Shown: positions 17,873-25,896 of the stretch, one piece after another
Numbering within the stretch: position 1 is the stretch's first letter
Layout of the letters: the number at the start of each line of letters is the position of its first letter
Assembly: GCA_036918135.1 (NCBI GenBank)
Contig: JBALDB010000002.1
Coordinates: forward strand, 128,001 to 192,000
Reading direction: 5' to 3'
Source: Nostoc sp.
GTDB taxonomy: Bacteria; Cyanobacteriota; Cyanobacteriia; Cyanobacteriales; Nostocaceae
DNA: 64,000 nucleotides
Notes under the pieces: model-generated
The model's input: the letters and a program-made list of their open reading frames with translations, nothing else
Database searches by the model: none
Told to the model about the DNA's origin: nothing
Program-made: the position numbers and the translations under genes

Positions 17873-18015
17873 TAAAATATCATGGTCTTTTTGGTAATTG
17901 GGAAAAAGCTAATTGGGAAGAAAGTAATAAATAACTGATAATTACCCATTACCTATTACCGATTACCCGTTACCAACCCTCACAGACATCATAAGTACTC
18001 AACAGGACATGATAT
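17873..18015 (-). repeat. Dispersed ~140-bp element, copy 2
   Basis: Reverse complement aligns with 11521-11653 (head, GGTAAT heptamers, CCCAATTACCAAA tail); abuts the metF stop. Confidence 0.7.
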
Positions 18016-18018
18016 CAT

Positions 18019-18939
18019 TTACCTTGATACCAATTGATTAAGTGGAGCAACTCCAGCTAAATCTAAAATTGGTGCAATTAAATCTTCCCGCTTCACCGCC
18101 ATCATGTGGACACCTTGACACAATTGCTGTGCTATCTGTACTTGTTCGGCGGCAATTTTCATACCTTCTTCAAGAGGGTTTTTAGCTTTTGCTAATCTAT
18201 CAATAATATGTTGGGGAATATTTACACCCGGAACACACTTATTAATAAACTGAGCATTTTTTGCCGATTTTAACAGAAAAATTCCTGCCAAAATCGGTTT
18301 TTTATAGCCAGCGGCAATTGTGTCCATAAATTTTTCTAGCCGCTCAAAATCGGTAATCAACTGACTTTGAAAAAATTGGGCTCCAGCTTCGATTTTGCGT
18401 TCAAATCGACTTTGTAAACCCGACCAACTCTTACATTGCGGATCCACTGCTGCACCAGCAAATAAATCTAGCGCCCCATCAGTTAGGGGTTTTTCGTTGC
18501 AATCAACGCCTTGATTCATTTTGCGGATTAGTTGCAGGAGTCGCACAGCTTCCAAGTCAAAAACAGCTTTGGCTTCAACATGATCGCCTGCTTTTACTGG
18601 GTCGCCAGTTAGGGCTAATATATTGTGTATGCCCAAGGCATGAGCGCCCATTAAATCAGCTTGTAAACCGATGCGATTGCGATCGCGACAGGCAATTTGA
18701 CAAATCGGCTCTATGCCGTTCTGTAATAAAATCACCGACGCCATTAACGAAGACATTCGCAGCACAGCGCGGCTACCATCGGTAATATTGACGGCATGAA
18801 CCCTCCCCTTAAGGGTCGCCGCTATCTCGATCATATGCGCTGGATCTCCCCCCTTCGGAGGTGCTACCTCGGCGGTAAGCAAAAATTCACCTGCTTGCAC
18901 GGCTCTATGGAAGGCAGTAGGACTATGGGTACGATGCAT
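18019..18939 (-). CDS. metF: Methylenetetrahydrofolate reductase
   Basis: EVAPPKG, NITD, CRDRNRIGLQ, ALTGDP and GAQFFQSQ motifs. Confidence 0.92.
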   Translation of the reverse strand: MHRTHSPTAFHRAVQAGEFLLTAEVAPPKGGDPAHMIEIAATLKGRVHAVNITDGSRAVLRMSSLMASVILLQNGIEPICQIACRDRNRIGLQADLMGAHALGIHNILALTGDPVKAGDHVEAKAVFDLEAVRLLQLIRKMNQGVDCNEKPLTDGALDLFAGAAVDPQCKSWSGLQSRFERKIEAGAQFFQSQLITDFERLEKFMDTIAAGYKKPILAGIFLLKSAKNAQFINKCVPGVNIPQHIIDRLAKAKNPLEEGMKIAAEQVQIAQQLCQGVHMMAVKREDLIAPILDLAGVAPLNQLVSR

Positions 18940-18985
18940 ATCATTAGAAATCTCGATTTATTAAAGAACAAGTCAGAATTTAGAA

Positions 18986-19181
18986 GTAGAGACGCGATTA
19001 ATGAGCTAGCGCGTTGCGGTGCGGGGGTCGCAGTCTTGGTGGTTCCCGTCGATTGCGTTAGCGAGGAACGAGCTTCACCCCCGAACCCGAAGGGGGTTCG
19101 CACGCCACTTGCTTGGCTGTCGGCAAAGCTGCCCAACGCAGTGGCTCCCCGTTCGTTGTAGCGACTGGCGTCGCCTCTGTA
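18986..19181. repeat. GC-rich composite of nested small repeats inside a GTAGAGACGCG palindrome
   Basis: Outer arms GTAGAGACGCGATTAAT ... CGCCTCTGTAC enclose several short hairpins (e.g. CCCCCGAACCCGAAGGGGG); GC content is far above the flanks. Confidence 0.65.
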
Positions 19182-19267
19182 CACAATTTAATTGAAGAAT
19201 TTTGGCGACTGACTCCTGAATTCTATCTTGTTTAATGGTATAACCAATCACACTTAATAGGTAAAAC

Positions 19268-20278
19268 TCATAATGGTAGAGAATAGCCTAAAGCGATTTT
19301 TACTTGTGATAAAGTTTGATTGGCGATCGCCCTAGCTTTTTCGCCTCCATCCCGCAACACAGACTCTAAATAGCTTTTATCCGCCGTTATCGCTTGATAT
19401 TTTTCTTGAATTGGTTTGAGGGACTCAATTATTGTATCCGTCAATAATGGCTTGAATTGTCCCCAGCCCATATCCTGACACTCAACTGCTACATCTTCTT
19501 TTGTCTTACCAGAAAGCAATGTATACAAAGTTAACAAATTATTACACTCTGGACGCGCTGGATCGTCAAAAGTCAGACCACGAACCGGATCGGTTTTACA
19601 ACGCTTAATCTTGTATTGAATTTGCTCTGGCGGATCTAGCAAATTAATCCGGCTTAAGTCTGAAGGATCGGACTTCGACATTTTACGTGTACCGTCCGCC
19701 AAACTCATCACCCTTGCCCCTTCCTTGCGAATCAGAGGGTCTGGTAACTTCAGAACTGGCTGCTCTGGCTTGCCAAATTGGTGATTTAACCGAGCTGCAA
19801 TATCCCGTGTCAATTCCAAGTGTTGTTTTTGGTCTTCACCCACTGGCACTTTATCAGCTTGGTAGAGCAAAATGTCAGATGCCATTAACACTGGGTAATC
19901 CAACAAGCCTGCACTCACATTTTCTCCGTGTTTAAGCGCCTTTTCCTTAAACTGGATCATATCTTGCAGCCAGTTTAGGGGTGTAATACAGTTGAGCAAC
20001 CAGGTGAGTTCGCTGTGGGCTGAAACGTGGGATTGCACAAAAATCGTGGAGTGATTTAAATCAAGACCACAAGCTAGATACAAAGCAACAAGGGTGTAAG
20101 TATCAGCTGCCAACTGTGTCGGGTCATGTGGCACTGTAATTGCGTGCAAATCAGCCACAAACAGGTAATTTTCGTATTCGCTCTGACCTTCTACCCAGTT
20201 GCGAATGGCTCCCAAGTAGTTGCCTAGATGGTAATTGCCGGTTGGTTGAACTCCAGAAAGAACACGTTGCTTGCCCAT
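19268..20278 (-). CDS. trpS: Tryptophan--tRNA ligase
   Basis: SGVQPTG-HLGNY, VPVGEDQKQH and KMSKS motifs. Confidence 0.98.
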   Translation of the reverse strand: MGKQRVLSGVQPTGNYHLGNYLGAIRNWVEGQSEYENYLFVADLHAITVPHDPTQLAADTYTLVALYLACGLDLNHSTIFVQSHVSAHSELTWLLNCITPLNWLQDMIQFKEKALKHGENVSAGLLDYPVLMASDILLYQADKVPVGEDQKQHLELTRDIAARLNHQFGKPEQPVLKLPDPLIRKEGARVMSLADGTRKMSKSDPSDLSRINLLDPPEQIQYKIKRCKTDPVRGLTFDDPARPECNNLLTLYTLLSGKTKEDVAVECQDMGWGQFKPLLTDTIIESLKPIQEKYQAITADKSYLESVLRDGGEKARAIANQTLSQVKIALGYSLPL

Positions 20279-20632
20279 AAATTCTCAACTTAGTTATCTC
20301 AAATCTGCGTTAATCAAATAGCGTCTGATGACAATTCGCTTCTCTTGTTTATAAGAGGCTGCATCAACTCAAACGCGCTTGGTGCAAAACTCATTTAATT
20401 TTGACATTTTCCATGTCAACTCGCCGTTGCAGAATTACAGATTTACTCATGACAGCGGATTTGAACTAAATTTTAGTAGTTTGCAAAGTTTTTTCTACAA
20501 GCGCGTCTTACTTACGTATTTAAGAATCTGTATTGCTAGTAACTAACTACTTAGTAGTGGCATAAATTTTTCTTAAAAATCTGACTATACTGTTCTTAGA
20601 TAAAATTTTCAGTTGCGCTGGCTTTGCCTGTT

Positions 20633-20653
20633 AATAGATACTATTCTCAACAA
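20633..20653 (+). promoter_or_regulatory. Possible Fur box before the AraC gene
   Basis: AATAGATACTATTCTCAACAA resembles the AT-rich Fur consensus; iron-uptake context. Confidence 0.4.
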
Positions 20654-20671
20654 GCAGTTGAGACTATTATC

Positions 20672-21661
20672 ATGACTATTTATTTGACTGAGACAGACTT
20701 CAATGAATTATCTGATGATGTACAGCTTAATCACTATCAGGGGAAAGTAAAATTTTCTACCTGGTTTGGTCAAGGTAGCAGTCATTGGACTATGCTGCGC
20801 CATAACCTTGAGTTGGTAATTCAACAAAGCGAGTATTCACAAGCAGTAATTCTTGAGAGTGAACACGATGATTTGCCTTTTCTCACATCTAAATTTTTGC
20901 TCTCTGGTGGTATGAGAACCACTACACCAAATGTGCCTGGAGTCAACGATGATTACGAAGAAGTTGCAGGCTACAACTATTTATTTTACTTACCTGATAT
21001 TCGGGAGTTTGAGCATTTTTCTGCGAACCAACCCAAGCAATGTATCAGTATTTACTGGTATCCCGATCTACTTTCTAGTTTCCAGAGTAGCTTTAAAGAA
21101 TTACCAACTCTACTCCAGCAGTTGATTGAAAATACCACAACAGAACGGTTTCACCAACCATTAGGAGCCATCACACCTGCAATGCGGTTAGTACTTCAAC
21201 AAATATTGCAGTGTCCATTCCGAGAAACACTCAGACAAATGTATTTAGAAGCAAAGGTGTTGGAACTACTGACGCTTCAGATTGCTCAGTGGGGGGAAAA
21301 TAATCTTTTATTAGAGCGATCGCTATTTTTTCGTCCCGATGAAATTGAACGTTTACATCATGCTAAAGCCATTCTCAATCAAACCCTTCAGCATCCACCT
21401 TCTTTACTAAATCTAGCCAGACAAATTGGACTCAATGACTTTAAACTCAAACGGGGATTTCGAGAAATTTTTGGCACTACAGTATGTGGGTATGTGCAAT
21501 CCTTACGGCTAGAACAAGCACAACAGTTACTCATCGGCACTAATCTAACGATTGCAGAAATTGCTGCTCAAGTGGGGTATGAAAGCACAAGTCATTTTTG
21601 CTACTTGTTTAAGCGGCAATTTAGCATAACTCCTAGAGACTATCGTCGGCACAAACGTTGA
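20672..21661 (+). CDS. AraC-family (PchR-like) regulator
   Basis: YLEAKVLELL, PPSLLNLARQIGLNDFKLKRGFREIFG and IAAQVGY...FKRQF double HTH. ATG at 20672 preferred to TTG at 20624. Confidence 0.93.
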   Translation: MTIYLTETDFNELSDDVQLNHYQGKVKFSTWFGQGSSHWTMLRHNLELVIQQSEYSQAVILESEHDDLPFLTSKFLLSGGMRTTTPNVPGVNDDYEEVAGYNYLFYLPDIREFEHFSANQPKQCISIYWYPDLLSSFQSSFKELPTLLQQLIENTTTERFHQPLGAITPAMRLVLQQILQCPFRETLRQMYLEAKVLELLTLQIAQWGENNLLLERSLFFRPDEIERLHHAKAILNQTLQHPPSLLNLARQIGLNDFKLKRGFREIFGTTVCGYVQSLRLEQAQQLLIGTNLTIAEIAAQVGYESTSHFCYLFKRQFSITPRDYRRHKR

Positions 21662-21828
21662 TAGTAAAAGGTAAATCCCGATTCCGATAAAAAAAATCCG
21701 GTTTCAGATATATGCGATCGCCTAATTTTTCGTATTCTCCTGAATAGAGTTAATTAAGAGCAACTTGCAACTAGCAAGCTCTGTTCTTATAAATCCGGTT
21801 GGGTGTGTGGAGTTATGAAACTGTTGCG
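21554..21828 (+). repeat. Promoter cassette, copy 1 (AraC 3' end, intergenic region, TBDT start)
   Basis: Nearly colinear match to 25624-25896. Contains direct repeats ATCCCGATTCCGATA / ATCCGGTTTCAGATA (21675 and 21696) and a Fur-like TAATTAAGAGCAACTTGCAA. Confidence 0.9.
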
Positions 21829-24412
21829 TAGGCGTAGCCTGTCGAAGACATCACTGTTTATTTCCTGTTTTTTTGTTGCTGTTGTCATACAACCAATTCA
21901 GGCGAAGGAAGTAACTGAAATTCAAAGTGTACAAGAATTAGACCGTTCTGCAAGAACAGTCAAAGAATGGTTTGCTCAGATACAACAGCAGAACCCGCCA
22001 GATCAAAGTCAGGAAGTTGAAGTTGTACAAGTGACTTCAGTCAAAGCAAATCCCACATCTAAGGGTGTGGAGATAATTTTACAAACATCAAAAGGCGAAC
22101 AGTTACAAGTAGTTAATCAAAGTTCTGGCAATAATTTTATTGCCGACATTCCTAATGCTCAACTACGTTTACCTAGTGGTGATGCATTCACATTTCGTTC
22201 TACTAAACCAATTGCAGGGGTTAGTGAAATAACGGTAACAAACTTTAATGCCAATTCTATCCGGGTAAGCGTGACAGGTGAGGCGAGTGTACCAACTGTT
22301 GAGTTGTTTGACAGTCCAGATGAGGGTATTATCTTCTCTGTTGCAACTGCCGCATCTTCTGTGCAACCACAGCAGCCAGAAAGTCAAACACAGCCAAGTC
22401 AACCATCGACAGAAAGTAATGAACCGATTGAACTTGTGGTAACTGGTGAACGAGATGAAGGCTATAACCCCTCACGAACGAGCGTCGGAACGCGTACCGA
22501 TACGCCCTTGCGAGATATTCCTCAGACCATTCAAATTATACCGCAACAGGTCATTAAAGATCGTAATGTTACTCGGTTGCGAGATGTGTTAAATAACGTT
22601 AGCGGTGTTGCACTGAATAATGGAGACTATGGTGGGGAAGGGTTTGGCTTTGGTGACTATTCAATTCGGGGCTTTTCGGCACAAGTCACACGCGATGGTG
22701 GCTTAGGCTCACCGACAGATATTTCTAATGTTGAACAGGTTGAAGTGTTGCGCGGGCCAGCATCTGTATTATTCGGCGCAGGCGAACCCGGAGGTATTAT
22801 TAACGTTACTACTAAACAACCACTATCAGAACCATTCTACGAATTTGGCTTCAATGCTGGTAGCTATGATTACTATCGGGGAACGGCCGATCTTTCTGGC
22901 CCACTCAATTTGGAGCGCAGCCTACGCTATCGCCTGAACATTGCGCTTCAGGATTCTGATAGTTTTCGAGATTTTGTAGGGACAAAGCGATTCTTTCTTG
23001 CACCTACCATCGCTTGGGATGTCAGCGATGATACAAAGCTGACCCTAAACTTTGAATACCTTAATCAAGAAACAGCATTTGATGCCGGAGTCCCAGCGTT
23101 GAGTGATGGCTCCTTTGTGCTACCGATTAATCGCTATTTTGGCTATCCTAGTGCGAATGATATTCACACCACCCAAATACAAGGAGGCTACACCTTTGAA
23201 CATCGGTTTAATAAAAATCTTCAGCTGCGTAATTCGCTATCTATCAGCTCGCAACATATAAAGTTGATAGACAGTGAATATGGCACTTTGTCTGATGACC
23301 GATTTATTACAGGCACGTATGTCGATGATAGGCCTATATATGAATCCTATACAGTGCAAACGGGGCTAATAGCAAATTTTAATACTGGTTCAGTAGCCCA
23401 TCAAGTGCTGTTCGGTTTTGATGTAAACCACGGAGCTAGTTACCTTTCCCCTCTGACTGCACCCTTACCGCCGCTGGATATTTTTAACCCGAACTACAAT
23501 ATCGAATTACCCACTGAGACTTCCCCTACTAAACTCCTTGAGTTCACTCAATCCTATGGAGTTTACCTGCAAGATCAGATAAAGTTGCTAGATAACCTCA
23601 TCCTGGTGGCTGGTGGACAATTTAATTGGGTGAGCAGCACATCGAGGGACATTATAGCAGATACTTTTGATAGCAATTACGGTGAAGCATTTAGTCCGCG
23701 CCTTGGCATCGTCTATCGACCAATCGAGCCTCTTTCACTTTATGCCAGCTACAGCCGTTCTTTTGTGCCTAACTCTGGTCGTTCTCGAACGAATTCAGCT
23801 TTTGCTCCGACACGTGGTACTCAGTATGAAGTGGGCATCAAGAGCGATTTTCTGAATGGGAAACTCTCAGCACTTTTAGCTGCTTACGAAATCACAAAAT
23901 CCAACGTTTTGACGGCCGATCTCAACGAACCCGATCCTGGTAAGTATTCAATTCAGGTTGGAGAACAGCGCAGTCGCGGCATTGACTTGAGCGTGACTGG
24001 TGAAATCTTGCCTGGTTGGAATGTGACAGCAGGGTATTCTTACATTGATGCTCGGATTACTAAAGATAATACGTATGAGGTGGGCAGTCGGTTGAGAATT
24101 ACACCAACTAATTCTGCTTCTTTGTGGACAACCTATAGGATTCAAAGCGGCGATTTGCAAGGTTTGGGCTTTGGGTTTGGCACATACTTTGTTAGCGATC
24201 GCCTCGGCGATCAATTCGATCCGCCCAACTTCAAGCTACCCGCTTACACGCGATTCGATGCGGCTCTGTTCTATCGACGCAATAACTGGGAGGTAGCAAT
24301 TAATGCTGAGAACTTGTTTGATGTGGAATACTATACAAATTCGCGTTATTCTTATGCAAATTCTCCAGGTGCGCCTTTTACGATTATCGGGTCACTAACC
24401 GTGCGGTTTTAA
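21815..24412 (+). CDS. TonB-dependent siderophore receptor with AMIN domain
   Basis: Signal peptide, AMIN domain, IELVVTG TonB box, plug motif VEVLRGPASVLFG, beta-barrel ending in Phe. Confidence 0.95.
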   Translation: MKLLRRRSLSKTSLFISCFFVAVVIQPIQAKEVTEIQSVQELDRSARTVKEWFAQIQQQNPPDQSQEVEVVQVTSVKANPTSKGVEIILQTSKGEQLQVVNQSSGNNFIADIPNAQLRLPSGDAFTFRSTKPIAGVSEITVTNFNANSIRVSVTGEASVPTVELFDSPDEGIIFSVATAASSVQPQQPESQTQPSQPSTESNEPIELVVTGERDEGYNPSRTSVGTRTDTPLRDIPQTIQIIPQQVIKDRNVTRLRDVLNNVSGVALNNGDYGGEGFGFGDYSIRGFSAQVTRDGGLGSPTDISNVEQVEVLRGPASVLFGAGEPGGIINVTTKQPLSEPFYEFGFNAGSYDYYRGTADLSGPLNLERSLRYRLNIALQDSDSFRDFVGTKRFFLAPTIAWDVSDDTKLTLNFEYLNQETAFDAGVPALSDGSFVLPINRYFGYPSANDIHTTQIQGGYTFEHRFNKNLQLRNSLSISSQHIKLIDSEYGTLSDDRFITGTYVDDRPIYESYTVQTGLIANFNTGSVAHQVLFGFDVNHGASYLSPLTAPLPPLDIFNPNYNIELPTETSPTKLLEFTQSYGVYLQDQIKLLDNLILVAGGQFNWVSSTSRDIIADTFDSNYGEAFSPRLGIVYRPIEPLSLYASYSRSFVPNSGRSRTNSAFAPTRGTQYEVGIKSDFLNGKLSALLAAYEITKSNVLTADLNEPDPGKYSIQVGEQRSRGIDLSVTGEILPGWNVTAGYSYIDARITKDNTYEVGSRLRITPTNSASLWTTYRIQSGDLQGLGFGFGTYFVSDRLGDQFDPPNFKLPAYTRFDAALFYRRNNWEVAINAENLFDVEYYTNSRYSYANSPGAPFTIIGSLTVRF

Positions 24413-24461
24413 TTGAGAAAACTAATCTCGTATTTTGACATTATGCACAGGAGCATCTACC

Positions 24462-25580
24462 TTGAATTCTAAAAAAGTACGCAACTTGATATTCACCCTA
24501 CATCGTTACTTGGGTCTAACGCTAGGATTGATTGCAATCATCATCGGCTTGACGGGTAGTTTATTGGTTTTTCATACAGAAATTGACAGCTTCGATCAAT
24601 CTCATCAAAGTGGTACTATCATCCCTCAAAGGGAACAACTACCAATCGAAGTTGTCCTTAATACTGTCAAAAAACCCTACGCCAACCAACCAGATACAAC
24701 TATTCAACGGTATTACCCACCCCCAAAGCCAGATCGGTCGATAAAGGTTATCCTCAAAACAAAAAAAATTGACTGGCTACCAATCTACGTTAACCCCTAT
24801 ACAGGGGTAATTCTCAACCCTAACTCCAAGCCAAGCTCAATCCAAAAGATATTTTTTGACATTATCTATCCACTCCATTACAACCTTTTAAGTGGTGACA
24901 TTGGTCTTAAGTTTGTGGGCGTTGTAGGATTACTGTTCACAATCTTGAGTATTACAGGTATTATCTTATGGCCTGGTTGGCGCAAGTTGATTGCTGGCTT
25001 CAAAATTAAATGGAACGCTCATCCTAAACGAGTAAATTTTGATATTCACAAAGTTGCTGGTGCGATCGCAGCCACATTTCTAGTCTTTACCTTTTTCACA
25101 GGCTTTTGCTGGAATTTTTCTGAATTTGTCAACCCGATAATCTACGCTATCACCTTCTCCAAACCTCAACCAAATTTGGTTTCTGTACCTATTTCCGGTC
25201 AGCCTCCACTTAGATTACAAGACCAGTTAAAAATCGCTCAAGCTGCTTTGCCCAATGCATCACTTAATATAATTGGCTTTCCAAGTGAACCAGAAGAGAC
25301 TTTTTGGTTTAACTTTAATCTTGGTGATGTTTTTCTTGACCAGTATAGCGGCAAGGTTTTACAAGTATCTACGATCGCAACTGCATCATTAGGCGATCGC
25401 GTCCTCAATTCCTTTAACGATTTGCACTATGGCACTTTCTGGGGATTACCATCTCGTATTTTCTACGTCTTTGTCGGACTAGCACCGTTAATTTTATTTT
25501 TCACTGGCTTTGTGATGTGGCGATACCGCTATCGGGCAAAACCGACTAGAAAAAATAGCATTTATACAACTTCAATTTAA
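24462..25580 (+). CDS. PepSY-associated TM helix protein (putative ferri-siderophore reductase)
   Basis: LHRYLGL, LHYNLL, DIHKVAG and LHYGTF His-bearing helices; AGGAG precedes TTG at 24462. Confidence 0.9.
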   Translation: MNSKKVRNLIFTLHRYLGLTLGLIAIIIGLTGSLLVFHTEIDSFDQSHQSGTIIPQREQLPIEVVLNTVKKPYANQPDTTIQRYYPPPKPDRSIKVILKTKKIDWLPIYVNPYTGVILNPNSKPSSIQKIFFDIIYPLHYNLLSGDIGLKFVGVVGLLFTILSITGIILWPGWRKLIAGFKIKWNAHPKRVNFDIHKVAGAIAATFLVFTFFTGFCWNFSEFVNPIIYAITFSKPQPNLVSVPISGQPPLRLQDQLKIAQAALPNASLNIIGFPSEPEETFWFNFNLGDVFLDQYSGKVLQVSTIATASLGDRVLNSFNDLHYGTFWGLPSRIFYVFVGLAPLILFFTGFVMWRYRYRAKPTRKNSIYTTSI

Positions 25581-25623
25581 AGCTTTAATTTTTTTATTTT
25601 GGAAATACCCTTACTCTACTTTT

Positions 25624-25896
25624 GTAGAAATTGCTTCTCAAGAGGGGTATGAAAACACAAGTCATTTTGGCTACCTGTTTAAACAGCAATTGGCATGACT
25701 CCTAGAGACTATCATCGGCGCAAAGGCTGATAGCAAAAGGTAGATCCCGATTCCGATAAAAAAATCCGGTTTCAGATATATGCGATCGCCCAATTTTTCG
25801 TATTCTCCTGAATAGAGTTAATTAAGAGTAACTTGCAAGTAGCAAGCTCTGTTTTTATAAATCCGGTTGGGTGTGTGGGGTTATGAAACTGTCGCG
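25624..25896 (+). repeat. Promoter cassette, copy 2, including a frameshifted remnant of the last ~35 AraC codons
   Basis: EIASQEGYENTSHFGYLFKQQ matches AraC EIAAQVGYESTSHFCYLFKRQ; the downstream promoter is almost identical to copy 1. Confidence 0.9.

Noticed and set aside
18796..19184. ORFs of 121 and 106 aa, or a SAM/THF riboswitch or T-box upstream of metF
   Set aside because: The ORFs span GC-rich nested repeats. I could not identify riboswitch or T-box consensus motifs, and a repeat composite explains the sequence better. An Rfam scan would settle it.
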